A stretch of DNA of 64,000 nt from Bugula neritina (taxonomy: Eukaryota > Animalia > Bryozoa). Position 1 is the stretch's first letter. Each line of letters opens with the position of its first letter. The notes under the pieces were generated by a model. That model searched no databases. It saw only the letters and a list, made by a program, of their open reading frames with translations, and was not told where the DNA came from. Made by a program: the position numbers and the translations under genes. The stretch spans positions 33,098,773 through 33,162,772 of the forward strand of contig OZ037766.1 in NCBI GenBank assembly GCA_964035545.1, given 5' to 3'. Positions 13,301 through 26,251 of the stretch are shown piece after piece.

Positions 13301-15590
13301 AGATAATGAACCTGCTAGTTTAATGTTTGTAACAGATCCATCTGCACCCCAACTGACCTGGGATATGTAATGTTCATTACTCACTAGTAACTTGTTGTCA
13401 GCCCAAACTATATTCCTAGGGTATCTGAAACCTGAGTTAATAACAGTACTCAGTTCTCCTGTATGAAGGTCTACAGATCTCAGTGCATGGTTATCTCTAT
13501 CAGTAACTAACAACCTGTCTGGGTTTCTAACATCTATCTCAATACTATAAGGATAGCTTAGCCTACCAGTACCTACTCCACCCTCAACATACCCTCTACT
13601 ACCACATGTCCCTGCCAAGGTGCGTAAGCTGTTATCTACTCTGTTTAACATCTTAATACAATGCTGGGAATAATCTACTACAGCTACATGAGTTTTATTC
13701 ACTTGTTTGAACCCTGTAATAAAACTTGACTGAATAGTTGCTAGAGTTGTAGGAGTTGTCCCATCTGTAGTTTTAAGGTATTCCCAGGTACAAAACATTA
13801 TACTCCCATCATCTCTGTACAGGTCCAGCTCCATGTGGTAAATAGGCTTTTCAGCGCTAAGGAATAGTTCTGGTTTGTTGAATAAAACACTGAAAGTAAG
13901 TTAAACTGGTTCAACCATTACTGAGTGGGAATTTAATTTTTGACTAAAATTCATTCAAACAAAATATAATATACTGTATTGTTTATTCAAGATCACTTTA
14001 TACCTTAATTTGCAATAAATGTATTTTCTGCCATATATTCTACTCATTACGTTATAGAAGATTATTCTCTTAGTATTTTATAAAAGAATTACGGCCTTCT
14101 TCATCTAATTATGTTTTATGCTTTGCTTCATTTCTAGCCAAAAATGTTTTAACATCCAAACTGGCAAAAAATATGTAAAGTTGCTTCTATTGAAATTTAT
14201 AGGCTACTGTCTAAATTGCTTTGCTTATAGTGCATGTTTATAAATTTAAGCGCTTAAAAACGTGTTACATTAAAACTGTAATCATACAGTAAATTTAAGT
14301 CAATAAACTTGGGCTCAGGGAATGGGCTGTAGAAGAAACAGGGGTGGAGGGAAGAAAATGAAGAGGGGAGGTAGGAGTTAGCAACTACAGAGCAAACAAA
14401 AAGTGACTTTACCTTGAGGTGTGACAATCCATCAGTTTAAAGAGTGCTACTAGAATCTAAAATATAAAGTGATGTCATCTAATCACAAATAAATGTCTAC
14501 TTCACTTTTGTACACAGCAAGATACAGGAAGCAATGACTCCACTGCTTTTTCAATAAAATATTTCATTATATTGTGTAACAATTATTTCTTCTAAATCTA
14601 ATAACAGACACTTATAGTAGTCATAGCAGGTGTATAATTATGTGATGTAATAATTAGTTATAATAATCAGTTATAATAATTAGTTATAATAATTAGTTAT
14701 ATATACTATAAATAAATACTTACAACCAATCTAACGCTCTTTTTATAATAATATAGTGTGTATATGTATTATTATATAGCACAATGTAAACTATATAGTA
14801 TATTGTATAGTGTGTATACATATTATTATATAACACAATGTAAACTACACAGTATATTGTATAGTGTGTACATATTATTATATAACACAATGTAAACTAC
14901 ACAGTATATTGTATAGTGTGTATACATATTATTATATAATACAATGTAAACTACACAGTATATTGTATAGTGTGTATACATATTATTACATAACACAATG
15001 TAAACTACACAGTATATTGTATAGTGTGTATACATATTATTATATAATACAAGGTAAACTACATAGTATATTGTGTAGTGTGTATACATATTATTATATA
15101 ATACAATGTAAACTACATAGTATATTGTATAGTGTGTATACATATTATTATATAATACAATGTAAACTACATAGTATATTGTATAGTGTGTATACATATT
15201 ATATAATACAATGTAAACTACACAGTATATTGTATAGTGTATACATATTATTATATAATACAATGTAAACTACATAGTATATTGTATAGTGTGTATATAT
15301 ATTATTATATAATACAATGTAAACTACACAGTATATTGTATAGTGTGTATACATATTATTATATAATACAATGTAAACTACACAGTATATTGTATAGTGT
15401 GTATATATATTATTATATAACACAGTGTAAACTACATAGTGTATTGTATAGTGTGTATACATAGTTTATTCATAAATTTAATATAAAGAATATATAGGCT
15501 ACTATATATAATATCCTAAATATAATATGAATAATATCTCATGGTATGTATTCAGATACTCACAATAAAGTACAAATACTGTCCCATCAT
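10367..15590 (-). CDS. Secreted NHL-repeat beta-propeller protein, copy B (intact, about 510 aa)
   Basis: Exons 15590-15564, 14456-14413, 13889-13030, 11633-11481, 11137-10997, 10906-10711, 10478-10367. Phases join into an open frame ending YNSANDLCS*. Confidence 0.85.
11737..12166. mobile_element. MITE-like element in intron 3 of copy B
   Basis: Imperfect ~30-bp inverted ends (caatgggtcattttacttaatttagtacacac / gtgtgtactaaataaagtaaactgactccaatg) and an internal hairpin gaccgttacg..cgtaacggtc. No clear TSD. Confidence 0.45.
12175..12246 (-). pseudogene. tRNA-like sequence (tRNA pseudogene or SINE head), copy 1 of a tandem pair
   Basis: GCCCCGGTGGTGTAATGGTAGCACACTTGCTTGCAAGCCAGAGGACTCGGTTCGATTCCCAGTGGGGGCA has A box, B box and cloverleaf stems. 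The anticodon loop is only 6 nt (TTGCAA) with stem mismatches, so the isotype is ambiguous. Confidence 0.65.
12404..12475 (-). pseudogene. tRNA-like sequence, copy 2 of the tandem pair
   Basis: Near-identical to 12175-12246, with a period of about 229 bp. Confidence 0.6.
14753..15461. repeat. 54-bp minisatellite (about 13 units) in intron 1 of copy B
   Basis: Same unit as 411-700. Confidence 0.95.
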
Positions 15591-18009
15591 CTCCTTCTGT
15601 TATTATGTAATACTATTGTTATTCCTGCTACTCTGACTCAATATACTGAAGTAAAGTTTATACTTCCTATATACTTCTCATATGTGTGATATGTTTATAT
15701 AGAAACCAGTCACATGACAATTGATAAACTCAAGACATGATAAACAGAGCAGATATTTACAGAACCAGAGATATTAGGAGCAGGAAACAGAGTCCTGGAT
15801 ACAAATGTGTTTTAGTTGGGTGTCTGACATGCTGTCTGGCAGTGTATCAGTATGTCAGTATGTTAGTATGTTAGTGTATCAGTATGTCAGTATGTTAGTA
15901 TGTCAGTATGTTAGTATGTTAGTATGTCAGTATGTTAGTATGTTAGTATGTCAGTATGTTAGTATGTTAGTATGTCAGTATGTCAGTATGTTAGTATGTC
16001 AGTATGTTAGTATGTTGTGTGTTTATCATATTGTGACTTTTAAAGTGACATTTGCTAGTAAATATTTATATAATTTTAAACTTATATATTTATTTTATAT
16101 AATCAGAAGCTGACCAAAGGTTTGCTGACAGTAAACCTAGACCTGAGAAGACATGGACTAAGCTACAACATCTGGTACTGAGTATGTTATGTAGAAAGTA
16201 GGGAAGGAATTTGTGTTGTGATTGAATTACATACACTGATTGAAGACAGACTTTGTGTCAGATTTCTAGTTATGGTGAAACATCTCACCTGATGATAAAC
16301 ATATGTTGACCTTGACATGTGAAAGATAGAGTATAGAGGACTTTGTCATATAATATAATCTGTATTCAGGAGGTAAATCATTCATCTAGTAGTGAATTTA
16401 GTGCAGATGTACTGACATATATAACATACAGTGTATAATATACATCCACAGAATATTAACTATTGTTAACAAAGTGTTAAAATGCATAGATGTAACTTGT
16501 TAATATTATCCCCAGGAATGATTGTTGATAACTTAATTGAATCAGAAGACCTGGATTATCACTGTATTTATACATGTTTAGTTTATTAAGGTGAAGGTGT
16601 CAAATATTTATTCAATCATGTACAGGTGTAAATAATTTGATTCAATTTAACTCCAAAATGTTCCAATAATTATCAGAATCTATCACAGCTGAGACTTGTT
16701 AGACTAGCATGTTGGTAAATAAGTATTCTGTGTAAAACAGCTACAATATGTTATTCAATGTTCTTTAGCTATTAGTTCCTATATATAGTCACTTATGTAT
16801 ACAACATGGCTATGTGTGCATACCATATGATGTAATGTAATTTGATATGAGAATAAAGTTTCTGATAGATCAAAGGATAAGATAAATATTTGCATTAAAC
16901 CAGTTTAAACAGGATTCATGTCATGTGACAGACATAGCCTGTGTTCTATAATCATCTTACTAAAGACAGGCATAGCCTGTGTTTTATTATCTTATTAAAG
17001 AAAAATATAATAGCAGTTGTAGGCATCAGTTCTATGTCATTAGAACACAGTTTATATCTGTGACTCCCAAATGTTTATTGTTCAATGTTTTATGTATAAA
17101 CTTTAATACTGCGTGCGTTTATTTTATTGAAACCTCAAATTTCAACTCCTAAATATTTAACTGAACTGTACATATCATGCCAGATGTTTCTCTGTTTACT
17201 GCAGTGTTGATTTAACACAGTTTGCTTTCCAGCTCCCTTTACCATCACAAAGTATATCAATATTATGTATTTCTATACTATCTGTAATTGCCTGTGAATG
17301 TAGTATATTTAATTCAGTTTAGTTTGTTATAGAAAGTGATACTTTCCTAAACCAATCAGATGTTAATATTCAACTAGTCAGTATTATTAGGATACATAAA
17401 CTGACACAAAGAAGTAATTCAACAGGAAACTAGTGGAGCATTTTTAACACTGACATTCAGCAAAGACAATTTAACCACATGGTAGTATTATGGACAATTT
17501 AATCATGATGGTAGTTTCATGGGTATACAAACCAAAGTTACTTTTTGACTCTTTATTGATTCTCATATCAAAAACAAGTTCTGTGAAAGGATACCAGTAT
17601 TATATACTAAGTCATAATATTCTACATATATAGTGAACAATACAATATTTTTACAATAGTATAATTTGTTGTTAAAGCTAATTAAGTATAAAAACAAGCC
17701 TTCAATTTGAATTATTCACATCGTCTACTTTTTTACATGCTGAGTAACTCACTTTAAATATTCACCGAGAAATGCAAAAAAAAAAGGTGAGTTTGATGTA
17801 GTTAAGGTATGCATTGTACTTTTGTTAGTATACATGCAGCTGCTAAAATGAACTCATATAATAGTAAAATATTTGGCAGAAAGCTTAGAGCTATTTATCA
17901 AATGATTTAGTTCGTTTTTTATATTAATCTTTTGCTGCGTATGTAAGCCATGTTCAACTGATGTCTCCAGTGAAAGTTAGTGACAGAAGTCATTATGACA
18001 GAGTTGTAT

Positions 18010-21000
18010 CTAGCTACAGAGGTCATTGGCAGAGTTGTATCTCAGTGTTTTATCAGCACATGTAGAGACCAGCAGAAAGTGTATTCTCTCTCCTCTCGCA
18101 TTTGGTCTAGCTTCAACAGTCCTGGAAAATATACGGTACAGTAGAAGTCTTAAGACACAATAATATAATATGGTAACAGTGACAACTAAAATCTAATATT
18201 ATACATTTTTACAGAATTGTATTTCCTATTTTATTTTTGTAACTTAATTGTGTATTTTACTATGAAATTATTAGCTGTTCAACAAAACTATAGAGAAAAA
18301 CATTAGCTACCTGTGTAACTTCATAAAAGGACACTTTAGGAAACAGGCAACTCACCTATTTCTGGGTGCCTGAAACTTAACATTTGAGTATTCTGTCTCG
18401 TGACCAACCAGTCTCTCTCTCAGTTCCTCTCTTAGTTTATCAGGAACTTCCTTAGTGACTACAGAGAAGGTCTTGTCAGTTGGCCAATAGACTGTCAGCT
18501 CATTATTCTTACACGTATACCAAGTTTCTATCTCAGAAGACATGTTGCAGTCTAAACAAAATACAAAAATATTCTATTGTAAATAGCGATGACATTATTT
18601 TATTTACAAACAATAATACAACAACAATAAACTTACCATGAGCACAGATTGTTTGAAGGTGTCTCTTTTGCTGGGATATGGAAGGTATCAGGAACTCTCT
18701 GTTGTATGCATTCTTTACAAGCATACAAGAAACATCATATCTACTCACAAACATCAGTCTCCTTACTATCGGTGATTCTGTGTGTAAATATAAATAAAAC
18801 AAGGAATATAATATAACCTTTGTTTATAACGCAAAGTATATAACAGCATGAACTTATATAATTAAAACTTATAATATGCTAATAAATATATCAACATTGT
18901 ACCACATGGTTACTCAATTCTTCATCTTAGCAGAAGCTCTATAATTTTGACTTATTTTATTTGGGTTTTGCTCAGATATATTTGTTGAATCGACCTAATA
19001 GGTAAAGTAAATTAAGCTTAAAGTTGAGGAAAATACATTTTCATTTAAGTTTATTAAAATCATGACTTACTCAAAACATTGATGTTGTAGACAGAACACT
19101 GTTTGAGGAACTTGTGACTTCCTTCAGATAGATATGCTGTGTAGGAACATCCTGGTAAGATGTATGTAGTTGTACTCTGTCCTGGATCCAAGTATACAGT
19201 CACATTATGTGGCTGGCAGATACCTGAAACAGTATGTTGAAAAGAATTTCCTGACTATAATAAACTTACTTAGAAGTTGACATAGATAAATACTCATAAA
19301 TTGGTTTTTGGGTAAACTTAATTAGTAGATACAGTGTGTTCACATGCAAATATTTGCAATACAGTAGCTAAGTTCTAATGAGACATAATTTACAGACATT
19401 TAGATGTAGCTTTGATTGATTATAAAATGATTTAGTATGTATTCTATGTATATTTAGTCTATGTATATGTTTGCTATGTACTTGCCACTCAACTTGTAGA
19501 TACTTCTCCACATACCAACATACACATCCTCTCCTACTTTCAGTATAGACAATGGCTTGGCTGGTAATTGAGAGCTGATTGTACAGGAAGTCTCTCCATC
19601 AAAACACACAGGACCTACTTGTTTATTATTCAAATCTAACAGTCTGAGTATTCTATTATTATAATCAGCAACAAGATACATGTTGTACCCAACTCTTGTT
19701 ATTCCCTTAGGCCATGAAAACCTGGATGTATTGAAACTTCCATCAACATAACCAGGAGATACTGAACCTGCTAGTTTAATGTTTATAACAGATCCATCGT
19801 CACCCCAACTGACCTGAGATATGTAATGGTTATTACTCACTAGTAACTTGTTGTCAGCCCAAACTATATTCCTAGGGTATCTGAAACCTGAGTTAATAAC
19901 AGTACTCAGTTCTCCTGTGTGAAGGTCTACAGATCTCAGTGCATGATTAAATTCATCAGTAACTAACAACCTGTCTGGGTTTCTAACATCTATCTCAATA
20001 CTATCAGGTCCATCTAGTCTACCAGTATCACCTACTCCACCCTCAACATACCCTGCTATACCACATGTCCCTGCTAAGGTATGTAAGCTGTTATCTACTC
20101 GGTTTAATATCTTAACACAATGCTGGGGATAAGCTACTACAGCTACATGAGTTTTGTTTACTTGTTTAAACCCTGTAATAAGACTATTTTGAATAATTGC
20201 AAGAATTGTAGGAGTTGTTCCATCTGTAGTTTGAAGGTATTCCCAGGTACTAAACATAATACTCCCATCATCTCTGTACAGGTCCAGCTCCATGTGGTAA
20301 ATGCCCTTTTCAGTGCTGAGGAATAGTTCTGGTTTGTTGAATGAAACACTGAAAGTAAGTTAAACTGGTTCAACCATTACGGAGTATAGGAATGTTTTAT
20401 TTTTGACTAAAATTCATTCAAACGAAATATAATATAATGTGTTGTTATTCAAGATCACTCAATACCTTAAGTTGTAATAAATGTGTGTGTATCAAGTGTA
20501 TCAATTAGTCTCATTATTATCTTAGTGTTTTTCTAGAAGAATTACGGCCTTCTTTGTCTAACTTAAACTTTATGCTTTGCTTCATTTTCAGCCAAAAATG
20601 TTTTAACATCCAAAAATATATATAAGTTTGCTTCTATTGAAATTTATAGGCTACTGTCTAAATTGCTTTGCTTATAGTGCATGTTTATAAATTTAAGTGT
20701 TTAAAAATGTGTTACATTAAAACTGTAATCAAACAATAAATTTTAGTCAATAAACTTGGGCCCAGGGAATGGGCTGTAGAAGAAACAGGGGTGGAGGGAG
20801 GAGATGGTAAGAGAGAAAGTTGAATAATCACAGAGCAAACAAAAGGTGACTTTACCTTGAGGTGTGACAATCCATCAGTTTAAAGAGTGCTACTAGAATC
20901 TAAAATATAAAGTGATGTCATCTGATTACAAATAAATGTCTACTTCACTTTTGTACACAGCAAGATACAGGAAACAATGACTCCACTGCTTTCTCAACAA

Positions 21001-21719
21001 AATATTTCATTATATTGTGTAACAATTATTTCTTCTAAATCTAATAACAGACACTTATAGTAGTCATAGCAGGTGTATAATTATGTGATGTAATAATTAG
21101 TTATAATAATCAGTTATAATAATTAGTTATAATAATTAGTTATATATACTATAAATAAATACTTACAACCAATCTAACGCTCTTTTATAATAATATAGTG
21201 TGTATATATATTATTATATAGCACAATGTAAACTACATAGTATTTTGTATAGTGTGTATACATATTATTATATAACACAATGTAAACTACATAGTATATT
21301 GTATAGTGTGTATACATATTATTATATAACACAATGTAAACTACATAGTATATTGTATAGTGTGTATACATATTATTATATAATACAATGTAAACTACAC
21401 AGTATATTGTATAGTGTGTATACATATTATTATATAATACAATGTAAACTACATAGTATATTGTATAGTGTGTATATATATTATTATATAATACAATGTA
21501 AACTACATAGTATATTGTATAGTGTGTATACATATTATTATATAATACAATGTAAACTACACAGTATATTGTATAGTGTGTATACATAGTTTATTCATAA
21601 ATTTAATATAAAGAATATATACCATAGGCTACTATATATAATATCTAAATATAATATGAATAATATCTCATTGTATGTATTCAGATACTCACAATAATGT
21701 ACAAATACTGTCCCATCAT
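18010..21719 (-). CDS. Secreted NHL-repeat beta-propeller protein, copy C (GC-AG intron 3)
   Basis: Exons 21719-21693, 20899-20856, 20348-19486 (donor GCAAGT), 19223-19071, 18777-18637, 18551-18356, 18121-18010. The frame stays open throughout. Confidence 0.82.
21195..21588. repeat. 54-bp minisatellite (about 7 units) in intron 1 of copy C
   Basis: Same unit as 411-700. Confidence 0.95.
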
Positions 21720-23699
21720 CTCCTTCTGTTATTATGTAATACTATTGTTATTCCTGCTACTCTGACTCAATATACTAAAATAAAATAAAGTTTATACTTC
21801 CTATATACTTCTCATATGTGTGATATGTTTATATATAAACCAGTCACATGACAATTGATAAACTCAAGACATGATAAACAGAGCAGATATTTACAGAACC
21901 AGAGATATTAGGAGCAGGAAACAGAGTCCTGGATACAAATGTGTTTTAGTTGGGTGTCTGACATGCTGTCTGGCAGTGTATCAGTATGTTAGTATGTTAG
22001 TATGTCAGTATGTTAGTATGTTAGTATGTTAGTATGTTAGTGTATCAGTATGTCAGTATGTTAGTATGTTAGTATGTTAGTATGTTAGTATGTCAGTATA
22101 TTAGTATGTTAGTATGTTAGTATGTCAGTATGTTAGTATGTTAGTATGTCAGTATGTTAGTATGTTAGTATGTCAGTATATTAGTATGTTAGTATGTTAG
22201 TATGTTAGTATGTTAGTATGTTAGTATGTTGTGTGTTTATCATATTGTGACTTTTAAAGTAAGATTTGCAAGCAAATATTTATATAATTTTAAACTTATA
22301 TATTTATTTTATATAATCAGAAGCTGACCAAAGGTTTGCTGACAGTAAACCTAGACCTGAGAACACATGAACTAAGCTACAACATCTGGTACTGAGTATG
22401 TTATGTAGAAAGTAGGGAAGGAATTTGTGTTGTGATTGAATTACATACACTGATTGAAGACAGACTCTGTGTCAGATTTCTAGTTATGGTGAAACACATC
22501 ACCTAATGATAAACATATGTTGACCTTGACATGTGAAAGATAGAGTATAGAGGACTGTGTCATATAATATAATCTGTATTCAGGAGGCATATAATTTATC
22601 TAGTAGTGAATTTAGTGCAGATGTACTGACATATATAACATACAGTGTATAATATACATCCACAGAATATTAACTATTGTTAACAATGTTAAAATGCATA
22701 GATGTAACTTGTTAATATTATTCCCAGGAATGATTGCTGATAACTTAATTGAATCAGAGCACCTGGATTATCACTGTATTTATACATGTTTAGTATATTA
22801 AGGTGAAGGTGTCAAATATTTATTCAATCATGTACAGGTGTAAATAATTTGATTCAATTTGACTCCAAACTGTTCCAATAATTATCAGAATCTATCACAG
22901 CTGAGACTTGTTAGACTAACATGTTGCAATAACTTGGTAAATAAATATACTGTGTATGACAGCTACACAGAGAGAAATATTAGTGTTAGAGTGAACATTA
23001 GCTGACAACTAAAACAGCTCGTTTTTTGGCTCCTAAATTGACCAGCAGTGAATAGAAATTAGTGTCAGGTACTGTTCACAGTGAATAGTATGTTAGATCA
23101 ATGTTAGTATAAAGAGTTGTGAAGTTGATTCTTTGTATTTATCACAATGAGCCAAGTTATGTTCAATGGTGATCTTATATATGTTTAATAGTGATCTTAT
23201 TTATGTTTAATAGTGATATTATATCTGTTCAATGGTGAGCTTATATATATTCAATGGTGATCTTATTTATGCTCAATAGTGATATTATATATGTTTAATG
23301 ATGATCTTATTTCTGTTCAATGATGATCTTAGATATGCTCAATGCTGAACCAAGTTATATTCAAAGCTGAACTTATAAATGTTCCATGCTGCTCTAATTT
23401 TTGTTGGAAATAAGCTTCTGCAAAAATTATTACTGATCACTCTGAACTAACTTGTCATAACTTCTAATCAGTGTGAGAGTATAGTAATGTGGATTTTATT
23501 GTATATGATAGTTGAATATAAGAAATGCAACAAAAAATAACTTTTAAAGATTAAGATAAGAAAAAAAACATGAAAATAATATTATACATTTGCAGAATTT
23601 TTCTACGACTCTAAATTCAGTTAACTTTTTTCAATATTAGCAGAACCTGCTAAGAACATAGTGTGTGCCATTACATTCTTGCTCTGTAGTGTAGTGATA

Positions 23700-24000
23700 A
23701 CCAAGCAGTTGTGGTGTGTAATGGTTAGCGCACTTGTGTGCAAGTCCGAGGTCTGTGATAGTAACCCAAGTACAGGAGGGGGAAGTTTTATAACTAATTC
23801 CAGCGGTTAGTGAAGTGTGGTAGTACTCCGAGAAGAGTTGAGTGGTCAGGGAAACTTGAAGTAGTAGTATAAAAAAGGTAGCTGAGTTCTTGAAAAGTGG
23901 GTAAGGTGTAGTGTCGAGAGCACCCAGTGACGCTTGCAATGTAGTGGTGAGTGCGCCTGCTTGCAGGCTGAAGGTCTCAGCATGATTCAAAGTTTTGTAG
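23700..24000 (+). pseudogene. Degenerate tandem tRNA-like dimer carried inside the transposon
   Basis: ggtgtgtaatggttagcgcacttgtgtgcaag.. and gtagtggtgagtgcgcctgcttgcagg.., plus a spacer homologous to the reverse complement of 12246-12404. Confidence 0.5.
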
Positions 24001-26251
24001 CGGTCAAATTCTTTTTTGTGCTCCTATGCAGCATCTTTGAGTGCATGTTCTCAAAAAATGTTATGGGATCTACAACAAAAGATAAAAGTTGGGTAATATT
24101 TAAACTGTATTAGTATGAACAGTAAAAATTTAGTTAAGATATACAATCACAAGCAGCGTAAATAAATTAAGTTCAACTTTGAAGAAGCTGAAGTCTAAGG
24201 CCAAAACTAATAGTATAGTATCAATGATGTTAGCTATGAATCTTTCAGCATATTTTCAGCACCATCGTACCAATCGTTTGACTCTGAATAACCACACAGG
24301 CTTTGGCAAACTTATGATCATTATGTTGCGTAGGGTTTGGGTTGGTTTGAGCTTATCAAAATTTAGTAACAATTTTGGCCATCATTTTTATTTTACTTCT
24401 TTCTTAATTACAAATGCAAGAGCTGTTGGGCATAATTAGTTTAGTTAATAGAAGCTTCTCTGCATTAAAATTATCTCAAAATGTCAGTGAACCACAATTT
24501 AAGCTAGATTCAGCGTTTTATATGGACCCCTCATATCGAGATAACAGATATTGATAAGTTTCAGTATGTCTATAAATTGAAAAACAAATAAAGTACTACC
24601 AAGAAAGATATTGCTACTTAAACACGTTTTTATATTTAATTGTGCTGTGCAAAGACAAATAAAAGAATAAACTGGTAGCAAGGAAGTTAATAAAAGATTT
24701 TGCCAACTTTGCCAACTCACCACTAATATTGGCATTTTGGTACTTAGCTATAAGACAAGAAGCTAGCTTGGCAGCTGCTTAAGGCTAATAACTACTTGTA
24801 GGCTGCTAAACTGCATTATTAACAATACTTCTACAATGGGGGGGGGGGGGAGAATTCAAATTAATGAATTTAGCACAACTTGCTAGAAGGTGAAGTGGAA
24901 ATAAAACGCTAAATTTTTTGAAAATAGATTGTTACAGGAAAACTCGTATCAAATTGATATAGGAATAGAGTAGTTTGGGAAATATCAGTCAATGTGGTCT
25001 CTTAAAAGTTATAGTTGCACAATTAATTCAATTATCTGTCTACAGCAATAGTCATACTGTCATTGTGATATAAAATGACAAATGATTGAGCTTACCTTTT
25101 GCTGCAATGACAACTTCAGTTCCTAACTCTGAAAGAAAGTGATCATCTTCTATCTCTGAGAGGTAGCTGCAATCTTTACCCATTTGATGAAATGATTCAA
25201 TGTTTTCCATGTTGTGAAGTTGTTTGGAAGCACAAATTCACTGAATCTCAAAGCACAACCTCTTAGTCTGAGCCTCTGGTGTTCACTATGCCAGCAAAAT
25301 ATTTCTTCTGTCAATAGCCGTGAATGAAAACGATGTGCTGTTATGTAATAACCTTTGTTTTGCTCTTTCGATGCTTGGTAAGCCAGTTTCTTGCCTTTGA
25401 ATTACAATTTAAATATTTCTTTACTATAGCTCTGTTATGCAACATCTTCTTTTGTTCCACCAGGTAGTTTACACAAGTTACTTAGGCTTTTGAAGTGGTT
25501 CACCTGATCCACAATTGACTATTCAGTAGCTTGCTTCATTGTTAATTTTAAGCTTCTTGTTTAAAACACATTTGCTGATAACTGAGTACATTGAAGTTTA
25601 ATGGTGCATCTCCCCGATCTCTCTTTTACACACATTTTAAATTAGTTTGCTTTCCTTTCCATGAATGAAATTGACTAGTGAAGCCTAAACTACCCATGCA
25701 AGAGATATGTGCAGTTGAAGTTTTTTGTTGATAAATTCAACTTAAGTCTTTGATAAACAGAGTGGGGCGATGTTTAATAGTAGTCTGGTAACAAGCTATT
25801 TGAAAATGTCTTGGGTTCAAAAAAATCTACAAATCATAAACAGCTAGTAGGTTGAAGGAGTTTCATTTCACTTATATGCTCCCCAGTTAGGTTGTATTTT
25901 TTGTTTTGGTACTAAGTATTATATACCTATATACCCTTATATAACTTTCATATCGATTGCTAAACATAAATTATAACCATTAATATGATATATTTGCAAT
26001 AATATTTAAATTTTCCCAAATTTGTGTTGAAAAAAAGCATTAAATGCATTAATAATAACATTTTTTTCCAAAAAACAAAAAAATATAGAAAATGCAAAAT
26101 TAATAAGTTTATTCAGAGCAAAGAAATTTATTTCTGTGCCAATTATAAAAAGCAATTGACTCAAATTTATTTAAATACACATATATTTCAATAGTGTTCA
26201 AATAAATTGCATGTAAAATGTATAATTAGCATCTAACTGGGAAGCACCAAT

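Noticed and set aside
414-21589. Many Tyr/Ile-rich ORFs (YYYIIQCKLHSILYSVYT, MYTHYTIYYVVYIVLYNN)
   Set aside because: Translations of the 54-bp intronic minisatellite, open on both strands; not genes.
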